From: an uncultured Tissierella sp.
Lineage (GTDB): Bacteria > Bacillota > Clostridia > Tissierellales > Tissierellaceae
Reading direction: 5' to 3'
NCBI GenBank assembly: GCA_964590735.1
Contig: CAZPZN010000002.1
Span: 1-49,930 of the forward strand
DNA length: 49,930 nt
The notes beneath the pieces were generated by a model, which had not been told where the DNA came from, made no database searches, and saw nothing but the letters and a program-made list of their open reading frames with translations. The position numbers and the translations under genes are program-made. Of this stretch, positions 29,409 through 39,691 are shown piece after piece. The first letter of the stretch is position 1; each line of letters begins with the position of its first letter.

Positions 29409-30656
29409 TCACCTCTTTATATAAGGTGAGCTTATATAGTCCATTTTTTCATAGGACTTATTTTTATGGATTCCAAGAAAATAAAGATCCGTTGCTTTTT
29501 CTTCAAAGTCTAGAAACAAATTTATATTTTCATTTCTAAGCTTTTTATAGTTGGAATACTTAGTTATAATTAAGACGTCGGAGTCAGCGGAAATCTTTTG
29601 CAATATCTCCATTCCCTTCTTATTGGTAGCCAATACCCTTATATATTCAAGGGGTAAATCATATATTCTTTCAATATCATTTTTCTTTAAGTTCATCAAG
29701 AGATGAATTAATATTCTTTTTATCCTTGTAGCAGGATATCTTTTAGTAGAAACATCCTTAACTAAATCATTTAAATCAAAGTTTTTTAAAGCCATTCTTA
29801 GAATTCTATTCTCAAGTCCTATTTCCATATCCATAAAATCTTGGAGATCTTTTGGTCCTTTTATTCTAAATAGATATTGAAGGATTTCATCGTAATTAGA
29901 TAATTGATTAAATTTACCATATCTCTGATAAAAATCCATAAGGTATTCAAAGGCTACTTCTGGCACATAATCTTTAACTATTTCATGACTATCATTTAAC
30001 AATCTATTTCTTATTCCTGTGGCTGATCCCATTCTAGTTGTGATTTCTGCATCTTTATATTTATTTCCCACTCTTCCAATAGTATAAGGGAGAATTGGTG
30101 AATTTAGCCTTATTAAGGCTTTCAGATACTCAATTCCTAGTATGTTATTTGACTCTTTGAGCATATTGGCATAATCATAGATATCCTTAGGATCTAGGGA
30201 TTTAGAATAATAATCTAAAGCCAAGCTTCTAGAAGCTGAGAAGGGCATGCCTTTACTTAGATTTTCCTTCAATTTGTTTTTAAACACCATAGGCTCATTT
30301 ACTAATATATTGGCTGCCTTTCTTAAGTATTCTAAGTCACCACTTTCACTACCAAAGGAAATGCAATCAACAATATTTAAGGAATCAAGGATTTTAATTG
30401 CACCGTAAGCGAAAAGTTCTGCACTTTGTACTGAAAAAACGAATGGAAGCTCTATTACTAAATCGACTCCACTATCAATAGCCATCTTTGCCCTAGTCCA
30501 TTTATCCACTAATGCTGGTTCTCCTCTTTGTACGAAGGATGAGCTCATAACAGCTATGGAATGGGTTGACTTGGTTTTAATCATCGACTGGTCTAAGTGA
30601 TATTTATGACCTAGGTGGAAGGGGTTGTACTCTGTAATTAAACCTACTATTTTCAT
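29409..30656 (-). CDS. tmcAL: tRNA(Met) cytidine acetate ligase (YlbM, HIGH nucleotidyltransferase)
   Basis: EYNPFHLGH, FVQRGEPA, GVDLVIELP, FGSESG, SNNILGIEY and SATGIR. Confidence 0.9.
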   Translation of the reverse strand: MKIVGLITEYNPFHLGHKYHLDQSMIKTKSTHSIAVMSSSFVQRGEPALVDKWTRAKMAIDSGVDLVIELPFVFSVQSAELFAYGAIKILDSLNIVDCISFGSESGDLEYLRKAANILVNEPMVFKNKLKENLSKGMPFSASRSLALDYYSKSLDPKDIYDYANMLKESNNILGIEYLKALIRLNSPILPYTIGRVGNKYKDAEITTRMGSATGIRNRLLNDSHEIVKDYVPEVAFEYLMDFYQRYGKFNQLSNYDEILQYLFRIKGPKDLQDFMDMEIGLENRILRMALKNFDLNDLVKDVSTKRYPATRIKRILIHLLMNLKKNDIERIYDLPLEYIRVLATNKKGMEILQKISADSDVLIITKYSNYKKLRNENINLFLDFEEKATDLYFLGIHKNKSYEKMDYISSPYIKR

Positions 30657-30737
30657 AATATCCTCCAAGTAATTATTCTAATAATTATATATTATCCTAG
30701 CTATATGGATAAAAACAAGAAATTTAAGAAATTTAAG

Positions 30738-30769
30738 TTGTTGATTTTTTAACTAATTTATAATACTAT
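30738..30769 (+). promoter_or_regulatory. ackA promoter with an overlapping Rex-like operator
   Basis: TTGATT-17-TACTAT (30741-30769). TTGTTGA-tttt-TTAACTA (30738-30755) matches TTGTTAA-N4-TTAACAA at 12/14. Confidence 0.45.
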
Positions 30770-30800
30770 TGTTATAGATAATTAAAATGGAGGTAGAACG

Positions 30801-32003
30801 ATGAAAATATTAGTAATTAACTGTGGTAGTTCTTCACTAAAATATCAACTAATTGATATGAATGGAGAAGAAGTACTAACTAAGGGTTTAGTAGAAAGAA
30901 TTGGAATTGAAGGCTCAAGAATTAAACATGATACAACTGGTAAAGATAGAGTTGTAATCGAAGAAACAATGAAAGACCATAAAAGAGCATTAGAACTAGT
31001 TCTTGAAGCAGTAGTGCATGAAGAACATGGTGCAGTAAAATCCCTTGATGAAATCAATGCAGTTGGACATAGAGTAGTTCATGGTGGAGAAGATTTCGCA
31101 GATTCAGTTATTATAAATGATGAGGTTATGGAAGCTATAGAAAGAAACTGTGAATTAGCTCCTTTACATAATCCACCTAACATCATTGGAATCAATGCAT
31201 GTAAAGAACTTATGCCGAATACTCCGATGATAGCTGTTTTTGATACAGCATTCCATCAAACTATTCCTGCTGAGAACTATGTATATGCTTTGCCATATGA
31301 ATATTATGAAAAATATAAAATTAGAAGATATGGATTCCATGGAACATCCCATAAGTATGTTTCAAAAAGAGCAGCTGAAATTTTAGGTAAAGATATTAAG
31401 AATCTTAATATAGTTACTTGTCACTTAGGAAACGGTTCAAGTGTAACAGCTGTTGAAGGTGGAAAATCTATTGATACATCTATGGGCTTTACACCACTTG
31501 CAGGACTTGCAATGGGAACAAGATCAGGAGATATTGACCCAGCAATAATTCCATTTATAATGGATAAAGATAATCTTACTTTTGAAGAAGTTAATAGTAT
31601 GCTTAATAAAAAATCAGGTGTTTTAGGTGTTTCTGGCGTTAGTAGTGATTTTAGGGACCTTGAAATAGCAGAAGAAGAAGGAAATACAAGAGCAACTCTT
31701 GCCCTTGATATATTTGCATCTAGCGTAAGAAAGTTTATAGCAGCATATGCAGCTCAGATGTGTCGTATTGATGTATTGGTATTTACAGCAGGTATTGGTG
31801 AAAACTCTGATTCAATGCGTGAAAGAATTTGTGAAGGTCTTGAATGTCTAGGAATTAGAGTTGACAAAGAATTAAACAGAGGAGTTCGTGGTGTGGAAAA
31901 AGTACTTAGTAAAGATTTAACTGCTACTACAGTAATGGTTATTCCAACAAATGAAGAATTAATGATTGCAAGAGATACTTTAGAACTAGTTTCTAACAGA
32001 TAA
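30801..32003 (+). CDS. ackA: Acetate kinase
   Basis: [49 protein letters not shown] and PTNEE. Confidence 0.96.
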   Translation: MKILVINCGSSSLKYQLIDMNGEEVLTKGLVERIGIEGSRIKHDTTGKDRVVIEETMKDHKRALELVLEAVVHEEHGAVKSLDEINAVGHRVVHGGEDFADSVIINDEVMEAIERNCELAPLHNPPNIIGINACKELMPNTPMIAVFDTAFHQTIPAENYVYALPYEYYEKYKIRRYGFHGTSHKYVSKRAAEILGKDIKNLNIVTCHLGNGSSVTAVEGGKSIDTSMGFTPLAGLAMGTRSGDIDPAIIPFIMDKDNLTFEEVNSMLNKKSGVLGVSGVSSDFRDLEIAEEEGNTRATLALDIFASSVRKFIAAYAAQMCRIDVLVFTAGIGENSDSMRERICEGLECLGIRVDKELNRGVRGVEKVLSKDLTATTVMVIPTNEELMIARDTLELVSNR

Positions 32004-32006
32004 TTC

Positions 32007-32035
32007 TTGACAAATCAAAACCTCCTTTATATAAT
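32007..32035 (+). promoter_or_regulatory. Consensus sigma-A promoter for yceD-rpmF
   Basis: TTGACA-17 nt-TATAAT, a perfect consensus. Confidence 0.85.
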
Positions 32036-32063
32036 GTTATTTGGTAGTTTATGAGGTGAAATA

Positions 32064-32570
32064 ATGAAATATGATTTAAGAAATTTTCTAGGTGGAGAAG
32101 AATATGTATATAAGCTGGAAGGTGAGACCCATAACATTCCAACTTTAGATTACGGTCGTGTTCTTGATCCAATCAAGTATAATGGAAAAATATTCAAAGT
32201 AGCTAGCGATCTTGAACTTTTTTTAGATATTCAATATATCTATGAAGAGGAATGTGATAGATGCTTAAAACCCACTACTAATGTATATTCCACCATTTTA
32301 TCAGGAAAATTGATGACTAACAAAGGGAAGTATGATGATGAGGACGAATTAGAAGATGTTATTCTCTATGAGAATGATGAATTAAATCTTGAGGAATATA
32401 TTTGGAGTCAAGTTGTTAGTTCCCTACCTATGAAAACCCTATGTAGCAATGATTGCAAGGGATTGTGCCCTACTTGTGGCGTAGATTTAAATACCCAATC
32501 CTGTGATTGTATGGGAAATACAATTGACCCAAGATTGGAAAAGTTAAAGGAACTTTTTCCTAAGAAATAA
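32064..32570 (+). CDS. YceD/YlbN (DUF177) protein
   Basis: CDRCL, LPMKTLCSNDCKGLCPTCG and DPRLEKL. Directly upstream of rpmF. Confidence 0.9.
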   Translation: MKYDLRNFLGGEEYVYKLEGETHNIPTLDYGRVLDPIKYNGKIFKVASDLELFLDIQYIYEEECDRCLKPTTNVYSTILSGKLMTNKGKYDDEDELEDVILYENDELNLEEYIWSQVVSSLPMKTLCSNDCKGLCPTCGVDLNTQSCDCMGNTIDPRLEKLKELFPKK

Positions 32571-32583
32571 GGAGGTGTTGTAA

Positions 32584-32763
32584 ATGGCAGTGCCAAAGAG
32601 AAAAACTTCAAAGCAAAGAAAGAATAAGAGAAGAGCTTCATCTTATAGGCTTAATAAAGCTACTGTAGTAGAATGTCCACAATGTCATGAAACTAAACAA
32701 CCACATAGAGTTTGTCCTAATTGTGGCTATTACAAAAACAGAGAAGTTATTGTTGTTGAATAA
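32584..32763 (+). CDS. rpmF: 50S ribosomal protein L32 (59 aa, below the ORF-track cutoff)
   Basis: MAVPKRKTSKQRKNKRR...CPQC....PHRVCPNCGYY with an AGGAGGTG RBS. Confidence 0.96.
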   Translation: MAVPKRKTSKQRKNKRRASSYRLNKATVVECPQCHETKQPHRVCPNCGYYKNREVIVVE

Positions 32764-32797
32764 AAAGATAGTGATTAACTTCACTATCTTTTTTTTT
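32762..32797 (+). terminator. Intrinsic terminator after rpmF
   Basis: AAAAAGATAGTGA-ttaact-TCACTATCTTTTT plus additional T residues. Confidence 0.85.
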
Positions 32798-32977
32798 ACC
32801 TAACCAATCTAACAATGCATTTTTGTAAATTCCGTTAGGGTAATCGCAACGCCTGGACCAGTGTTGTCTACAAATCTTAAAGCTGGCTGGATAAAATTAT
32901 AAAGAAGACCAAATTTGAGTTGCGAAAGTAGGTAATTTGTCTTACAATCATATCATTGGGTATGAAGGGGGGATAAT

Positions 32978-33985
32978 ATGAAAGTAATAGTTGACGCAAT
33001 GGGTGGCGATAATGCACCAAGTGAAATAGTCAAAGGTTCTATCGATGCTATAAGAGAATATGGGATCAAGGTTCTTCTTGTTGGTAAAAAAAACATTCTT
33101 GAAGAGGAACTAAAAAAATATGATTATTCAAAAGAGGATCTTGAGATTTTAGATGCTCAGGATATAATAACCAATGAAGATGACCCAGCACTAGCGATCA
33201 GACGTAAAAAGGATAGTTCATTAGTGGTAGGTCTTAAAGCTCTAGTAGATGGATTAGGAGATGGATTTATATCTGCGGGAAGTACAGGAGCACTATTGGC
33301 TGGAGGACTTTTCATAGTTAAAAGAATCCCTGGAATAGATAGAGCAGCTTTAACCAGTGTTTATCCAACAAGCAAGGGTATTTCCCTTCTAGTGGATGCA
33401 GGTGCAAATGTAGATTGTAAACCTGAATATCTAAAACAATTTTCCATTATGGGTTCAATATATATGGAAAGGGTTATGAATAGATCTAATCCAAGTGTAG
33501 GCTTGGTAAATATAGGTGTTGAGGAAGGTAAAGGAAACCAACTTTCAAAGGAAGCTTATGAATTACTTAAAAAAACTGACTTAAATTTTATAGGTAATAT
33601 AGAAGGTAGAAATATACCCTTAGGAGATGCTGATGTAATTGTAGCCGACGGATTTGTTGGGAATGTAGTTCTTAAGTTAACAGAGGGAATGGCCTCTTCT
33701 ATATTTTCTCATCTAAAGAAAGCTCTTATGGCTGATTCAAGGTCTAAGCTTGGTGCCGTACTATTAAAACCACAATTAAATGAAATGAAGAAGCTTATGG
33801 ACTACAGGGAATATGGCGGGGCACCTTTACTTGGAACAAGAATGCCAGTTGTAAAGGCTCACGGCAGCTCTGATGCCTTGGCTTTTAAGAATGGAATAAG
33901 ACAACTTATATCCTTTATTGAGAATGATGTAATTAAAACTATTTCAGAAAATTTTAAAGAAGTAATTGAAAATCAGGAGGACTAA
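32978..33985 (+). CDS. plsX: Phosphate acyltransferase PlsX
   Basis: VDAMGGDNAP, SAGSTGA, DAGANVD, NIGVEEGKGN, DGFVGNVVLK and KAHGSS. Confidence 0.96.
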   Translation: MKVIVDAMGGDNAPSEIVKGSIDAIREYGIKVLLVGKKNILEEELKKYDYSKEDLEILDAQDIITNEDDPALAIRRKKDSSLVVGLKALVDGLGDGFISAGSTGALLAGGLFIVKRIPGIDRAALTSVYPTSKGISLLVDAGANVDCKPEYLKQFSIMGSIYMERVMNRSNPSVGLVNIGVEEGKGNQLSKEAYELLKKTDLNFIGNIEGRNIPLGDADVIVADGFVGNVVLKLTEGMASSIFSHLKKALMADSRSKLGAVLLKPQLNEMKKLMDYREYGGAPLLGTRMPVVKAHGSSDALAFKNGIRQLISFIENDVIKTISENFKEVIENQED

Positions 33986-33987
33986 GA

Positions 33988-34218
33988 ATGAAAGATAGAT
34001 TAATAAATTTAATAGCTGAGCAATTTAATGTTGATAAAGATAGCATAACCTTGGATACATCTTTTAAGGATGATTTAAATGCAGATTCCTTAGATTTAGT
34101 GGAACTAATCATGGCATTGGAAGATGAATTTGATTTAGAACTTGAAGATGAAGTAGTTGATGATATAAAAACTGTAGGAGATGCAAATAACTATATTAAA
34201 TCTTTATTAGACAAGTAG
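33988..34218 (+). CDS. acpP: Acyl carrier protein
   Basis: DLNADSLDLVELIMALEDEF phosphopantetheine attachment site. Confidence 0.96.
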   Translation: MKDRLINLIAEQFNVDKDSITLDTSFKDDLNADSLDLVELIMALEDEFDLELEDEVVDDIKTVGDANNYIKSLLDK

Positions 34219-34256
34219 CTTACAAAGATTTGAGTTTTCTTTTTGGAGGTATATTG

Positions 34257-34973
34257 GTGAAATCTGAAGACCATAAAAAATTGGAAGAATTACAAAAGAA
34301 CATAGGGTATTATTTCAATGATATTGAACTATTGGAAACCGCATTGACCCATAGTTCTTATGCTAATGAAAATAAACTTCATATTAGTAAATGCAATGAA
34401 AGGCTGGAATTTTTGGGAGATACAATTGTAAATCTTGTTACCAGTGAATATCTATACAATAAATATCCGTTTTACCCTGAAGGCGAGCTAACTAAGATAA
34501 GAGCTAAGGTGGTTTGTGAGCCATCCCTTGCATTTATTGCTAGAAAATTGAATTTAGGTGAATACCTATATCTAGGCAAAGGAGAAGAAGCTACAGGTGG
34601 TAGAAATAGAGAATCCATTTTAGCAGATTCTAGTGAAGCAATAAGTGGGGCTATTTTTCTGGACAGTTCTTATGAAACAGTTCGTGAGTATTTGTTGAAT
34701 AATTTTGAAACTTATATTGTAACTGCTGTAGCTAAGGGTAATTTATTCGTTGATTACAAGACAGATTTACAGGAAAGGCTTCAGAAGGTATCTAGAGCTA
34801 AGGTAGAATATGTTGTAGTGAAAGAAGAAGGGCCTGACCATAACAAAATATTCTATATGGATGTCATGATAAATAAAGAGACTATTGGTTCTGGGTTTGG
34901 AAGAAACAAGAAGGAAGCTGAACAAATGGCTGCCAAAGAAGCCCTGATTCTCATGGGTGAAGACTATGCCTAA
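34257..34973 (+). CDS. rnc: Ribonuclease III
   Basis: ALTHSSYANE, NERLEFLGD and a dsRBD (DYKTDLQE...GPDH...KKEAEQMAA). GTG start after GGAGGT. Confidence 0.95.
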   Translation: MKSEDHKKLEELQKNIGYYFNDIELLETALTHSSYANENKLHISKCNERLEFLGDTIVNLVTSEYLYNKYPFYPEGELTKIRAKVVCEPSLAFIARKLNLGEYLYLGKGEEATGGRNRESILADSSEAISGAIFLDSSYETVREYLLNNFETYIVTAVAKGNLFVDYKTDLQERLQKVSRAKVEYVVVKEEGPDHNKIFYMDVMINKETIGSGFGRNKKEAEQMAAKEALILMGEDYA

Positions 34974-36075
34974 GCATTATATAATACCAATATTTGTTCC
35001 TCATTTTGGGTGTCCTAATGATTGTGTATTTTGTAATCAGAAGAAGATTACTGGTCTTTCTACCAATGTAAAGGTGGAGGATGTAGAGAAGATTATCCTT
35101 ACCCATTTAGAATATTTTAGAAAGAATACCTTTATTGAAGTTGCCTTTTATGGAGGAAGTTTTACAGCCATCGATATAGAAATCCAAAAGAAACTACTGA
35201 CTGTACCCTTCGAATATAAAAAGAAGGGTATAATTAATGAGATAAGGCTATCGACTAGACCTGATGCAATTAATAGAGAAATACTTGATAATTTAAAGGA
35301 ATATGGAGTAAATACCATAGAATTAGGTGTACAATCCTTAGATGAAGAGGTCTTAAGAGCAAGTGATAGAGGTCATTCAAGCTCAGTGGTCTATAAAGCT
35401 AGTCAACTCATAAAAGAATATGATTTTAACTTAGGATTGCAAATGATGCTAGGCCTTCCAGGTGATAGTATAGATAAATCTATCAAGACTTGTATGGAAT
35501 TTATAAAGCTAAAACCCTCTTGTGTTAGAATATATCCAACTTTAGTTATCAGAGATACATATCTTGAAAAGGCTTATGAAGACAAATCCTATATACCATT
35601 AGATATTGATACTGCTGTAGCTCAATCTACTATAATTTTGATGCTTTTCTATCTTAATGATATTAATGTAATAAGAGTAGGGCTTCAACCTACAGAGGAT
35701 ATACAGCTAGGAAAGGAAGTAGTAGCTGGACCTTTCCATCCAGCATTTAGACAATTAGTTGAATCCAATATATATAGAATTTTACTAGATTATGAATTAA
35801 AGAATAAACTTCTTCAAGTTCATAATGAGGAATTAGTGATAGGAGTTCATAAGTCCAAAATTTCATTTCTAGCTGGCCAAAAGTCTTCAAATATTAAATA
35901 TTGGAAAGATAGATATGGATTTTCTAAGGTAAGAATTTATGAAAAAGATATTCCTTCTAATCTTATTGAGATTACAATCGGGAAATATTATGATAAAATG
36001 AATATATATGAATTGATGGACAAATATATAGAGAATAATCCGTTGATTAAGAAAATAGAGGGTTTCCAGATATAG
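34966..36075 (+). CDS. Elp3-like radical SAM protein of unknown function
   Basis: IPIFVPHFGCPNDCVFCNQ (CxxxCxxC), FYGGSFT, STRPD, ELGVQS, RIYPT and GPFHPAF. Confidence 0.8.
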   Translation: MPKHYIIPIFVPHFGCPNDCVFCNQKKITGLSTNVKVEDVEKIILTHLEYFRKNTFIEVAFYGGSFTAIDIEIQKKLLTVPFEYKKKGIINEIRLSTRPDAINREILDNLKEYGVNTIELGVQSLDEEVLRASDRGHSSSVVYKASQLIKEYDFNLGLQMMLGLPGDSIDKSIKTCMEFIKLKPSCVRIYPTLVIRDTYLEKAYEDKSYIPLDIDTAVAQSTIILMLFYLNDINVIRVGLQPTEDIQLGKEVVAGPFHPAFRQLVESNIYRILLDYELKNKLLQVHNEELVIGVHKSKISFLAGQKSSNIKYWKDRYGFSKVRIYEKDIPSNLIEITIGKYYDKMNIYELMDKYIENNPLIKKIEGFQI

Positions 36076-36105
36076 GAGCCCTTTAACTATGATGGGGTGT
36101 TAGTC

Positions 36106-39100
36106 TTGTATTTAAAAAAGGTTGAAATTCAGGGGTTTAAATCCTTTGCAGATAAGACTGAAATTGAATTTAAGAATGAGGTTACGGCTATTGTTGGTCC
36201 AAATGGAAGTGGTAAGAGCAATGTTTCTGATGCCATTAGATGGGTTCTGGGAGAGCAAAGTGTTAAGAACCTTAGAGGAAGCAAGATGGAGGATATAATA
36301 TTTGCTGGTACGAACTCTAGAAGGGCCTTAGGATATGCAGAGGTAACCATAGTATTTAATAACGATAGCGGACTTATACCTGTAGATTATACAGAAGTAG
36401 CCGTTACAAGGAGAATATTTCGTTCAGGAGAAAGTGAATTCTATATAAATAAGAATTCCTGTAGGCTAAAGGATGTTAGAGAACTATTTATGGATTCAGG
36501 CATCGGTAAAGATGGTTATTCCATTATAGGTCAAGGTAAAATCGATGAAATCTTATCCAATAGACCAGAAGACAGAAGAAATATTTTCGAGGAAGCTGCT
36601 GGTATTATAAAATTTAGAAATAAGAAAGAAGAATCCGAAAGAAAGCTTGAAAAAACTGATGCTAATATTGTAAGAATAAAGGATTTAATTCATGAGATAT
36701 CAAATCAGAAAGATGTACTGGAAAAGGAGTCTGAAAGGGCTGAGCGCTTTACTAAATTATATCAACGACTTAGGGATTTAGAGGTAAATATTTTTATACG
36801 AGAAATAAGAAAATTTGAAGTACAGATAAAAGACCTTAGTCTAGAGAAGGAAAAGTTAAGTTCTGATTTAAGTATCATAGAAGAAGAAAAGAATCAAATA
36901 GATGGAAAGTATAACTTGCTTAAATCCAATATTGAAAATATGGAGAAGGAAATAGAAGATTCAAGGACTATAAAATTTGATAGAATCCAAGAATACGAAG
37001 CCAATAGAAATCAATTTAATCTATTTATAGAGAAGGAGAGTTTTCTGAGAAAAGATCTCCATAGGCTTAGGAATGAAAAGGAAAATGTTATATCTAGGTT
37101 AGAGGATTTAGATATCTCCATTGTGGGAATTGGGAATAAACTTAGTGAAATAGATATAAGTCTTGAGAATATTATTAAGGATAGAGATTTAAGCCTTGTA
37201 GAGTTAAATTATTATAATGAGCAAGTACTTAGTGAAGAATCCATACTCGATGAAGATAAGAACAATATTATAAAATTATATAATCAAGCATCGGATAAGA
37301 AAAGTGAAATTAACTCCATGAATTCACTTAAATACAATATGGAAAAGAGAATTGAACAATTAAATAGAGAAATAGACCTAGATAAAGATAAATTAGAAAA
37401 TTCTCTTACTAAAGAAGTAGAGATAGATGGAGAATTATTTAATATAAGAGTTAAATTAGAAGAAGAAAAGTACAAGTTAGAGCTTTTGTCTAAAGAAAGG
37501 ACAAGGGTTCTAGTAGAACTTGAGAATGTGAATAAGGATTTACGTTCACAACAGATGAAACTTAATGAAGTCCAAACCAATTATAGATTGTACAATAACA
37601 TGGAATCTTCTTATGAAGGATATTATAAAAGTATTAAGTCAATCATAAAGAATATTAAAATAGATAAAAATTTTAATAAGGGGTTTATAGGAATTGTAGC
37701 TGATCTACTTAAAGTAGATAGCCTTTATGCAAAAGCTATTGATATAGCCTTAGGAGCTAGTGCTCAGAGTGTAATTATTGAAACAGAAGATGATGCTAAG
37801 AAGTTTGTAGACTTCCTTAAGGTGAATAAAAGTGGAAGAGCTACATTTCTTCCTCTGTCTGTCATAAAGGGAAAAGCTATAGTATTAGATAAAAGAGTTA
37901 AAGAAGAATTTAATATTTTAGGGCTAGGTTATGAATTAATTGACTACGATGCTAGATTAAAGGGTATCTTTGAATACCTACTAGGTAGAACAATAATAGT
38001 GAAGGATATGGACTCTGGTATAAGACTAGCTAGAAATCAAAAGCATATGTACAAAATAGTAACCCTTGATGGAGAAGTGTTAAATGCAGGAGGATCCATA
38101 ACTGGTGGATCTTATGCAAATGAGTCTCTAAGCCTTATAAGTAGAAAAAGCAAAATAGAAGAACTTAAAGTAGAAATTCATAATCTAGAAAAGTATATTC
38201 TTCAAACTGAGAAGAAAAAATCTTTCGTTGAAGAGAAGTCTGAATCCATACTTTCAGAAACAAGTCTAATAAATAATAATATTAAGAGTTTGGATTTTGA
38301 GATAATAAATCTCAACAATAGTTTAAACTTAGTTACTAATGATATTAAAAGAATAAAAACTGACTTAGAAAAAAAGAATGAGGAAACTGAGTCACTAATT
38401 AGGGAAATGGATAACTTTAGGTCTAATATAGTTGAAATAGAGAAAGAATACAATGAATTACTGGAAGAGATTGAGGATGTAAAAAATAACTCTGCAAATA
38501 ATAATATTAAGCTTTCAGAATTGAGAAAAAAATGTGAAGAAATAAATATAAAGTTAACGGATTATAGGGTTACAATTAGTCAATTAGAGACTTCGAAATT
38601 GTCTATGGAAAGTCAACTTAAGAGTTATGAAATTACAAAAAACAATAGTGATAGTGGGAAAAGTGAAATTGAGCGGAATATAAGCTCCATTATAGATGAA
38701 ATAACTACAATATCTGTAAATAAGCTAAGTCTAGAAAATAGTATTAAAGAATACGAATCCTCAGAGGATGAAATATCACAAAAATTGGACTTGTTAGTTA
38801 AAAAGAAGGACAACTATATGAAGACCTTCTATGAAGAACAGGATAGACTAAAAATCATTAATGCAAAGATATCAGAAATAGAGAAACAATCTTCTTCTTT
38901 AGAAGTAAAACTAGCAAGGTTTGAGTTTCAACTTGACAATACCCATACAAAACTTCTTGAGGATTATGAACTTGCATTTGAAGATGCAGTAAGATTTGAA
39001 AGAGAAATAGATAGTCTCCATAAGTCTCAAACTGAGGTTAAAGAGTTAAAGGATCAGATTAAATCCTTAGGAAATGTAAATATATCTGCTATAGAGGATT

Positions 39101-39681
39101 TTAGGCATATTCATGAAAGATTTGAATTTATCAATAAACAGCATGAAGATTTGATCCTTTCTAAAGAGAACCTTAGAGAAGTTATAAGAGATATGGAAAA
39201 ACAAATGAAACTTCAATTTGTAGATTCCTTTAGGGAGATAAATAAGAACTTTACTGAAGTGTTTGCTGTACTGTTTAATGGTGGGAAGGCTACATTAGAA
39301 CTGGAAGATGGAGAAGATATATTGAAAACGGGTATCGATATAAGGGTTCAACCCCCTGGGAAAAAACTTCAAAGTCTTTCGCTTTTATCAGGTGGTGAGA
39401 AGTCTTTAACTGCGGTAGCCCTTTTATTCGCTATATTAAGAACAAAGCCATCACCATTCTGTATACTTGATGAAATAGATGCAGCTCTAGATGAGGCCAA
39501 TATTAGCAGATATACCTCTTATTTAAATAAAATTAAGGATAGAACTCAATTTATCCTAATAACTCATCGAAAGACTACTATGGAAATAGCAGATGTCCTC
39601 TATGGTATAACTATGGAGGAAGAAGGAGTCAGCAAATTGATCTCCATTAAACTTAAAGATAATTTAGTAGAAGCCAGCTAG
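36106..39681 (+). CDS. smc: Chromosome segregation protein SMC
   Basis: GFKSFAD, GPNGSGKSN, coiled coils, hinge GRATFLPL, LSGGEK and LDEIDAALD. Start probably TTG 36106 (ORF track gives 36097). Confidence 0.96.
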   Translation: MYLKKVEIQGFKSFADKTEIEFKNEVTAIVGPNGSGKSNVSDAIRWVLGEQSVKNLRGSKMEDIIFAGTNSRRALGYAEVTIVFNNDSGLIPVDYTEVAVTRRIFRSGESEFYINKNSCRLKDVRELFMDSGIGKDGYSIIGQGKIDEILSNRPEDRRNIFEEAAGIIKFRNKKEESERKLEKTDANIVRIKDLIHEISNQKDVLEKESERAERFTKLYQRLRDLEVNIFIREIRKFEVQIKDLSLEKEKLSSDLSIIEEEKNQIDGKYNLLKSNIENMEKEIEDSRTIKFDRIQEYEANRNQFNLFIEKESFLRKDLHRLRNEKENVISRLEDLDISIVGIGNKLSEIDISLENIIKDRDLSLVELNYYNEQVLSEESILDEDKNNIIKLYNQASDKKSEINSMNSLKYNMEKRIEQLNREIDLDKDKLENSLTKEVEIDGELFNIRVKLEEEKYKLELLSKERTRVLVELENVNKDLRSQQMKLNEVQTNYRLYNNMESSYEGYYKSIKSIIKNIKIDKNFNKGFIGIVADLLKVDSLYAKAIDIALGASAQSVIIETEDDAKKFVDFLKVNKSGRATFLPLSVIKGKAIVLDKRVKEEFNILGLGYELIDYDARLKGIFEYLLGRTIIVKDMDSGIRLARNQKHMYKIVTLDGEVLNAGGSITGGSYANESLSLISRKSKIEELKVEIHNLEKYILQTEKKKSFVEEKSESILSETSLINNNIKSLDFEIINLNNSLNLVTNDIKRIKTDLEKKNEETESLIREMDNFRSNIVEIEKEYNELLEEIEDVKNNSANNNIKLSELRKKCEEINIKLTDYRVTISQLETSKLSMESQLKSYEITKNNSDSGKSEIERNISSIIDEITTISVNKLSLENSIKEYESSEDEISQKLDLLVKKKDNYMKTFYEEQDRLKIINAKISEIEKQSSSLEVKLARFEFQLDNTHTKLLEDYELAFEDAVRFEREIDSLHKSQTEVKELKDQIKSLGNVNISAIEDFRHIHERFEFINKQHEDLILSKENLREVIRDMEKQMKLQFVDSFREINKNFTEVFAVLFNGGKATLELEDGEDILKTGIDIRVQPPGKKLQSLSLLSGGEKSLTAVALLFAILRTKPSPFCILDEIDAALDEANISRYTSYLNKIKDRTQFILITHRKTTMEIADVLYGITMEEEGVSKLISIKLKDNLVEAS

Positions 39682-39691
39682 GAGGGAAAAT

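Noticed and set aside
32764-34218. Missing fapR/fabD/fabG around plsX-acpP
   Set aside because: plsX-acpP-rnc without fab genes is a common clostridial arrangement and not evidence of loss.
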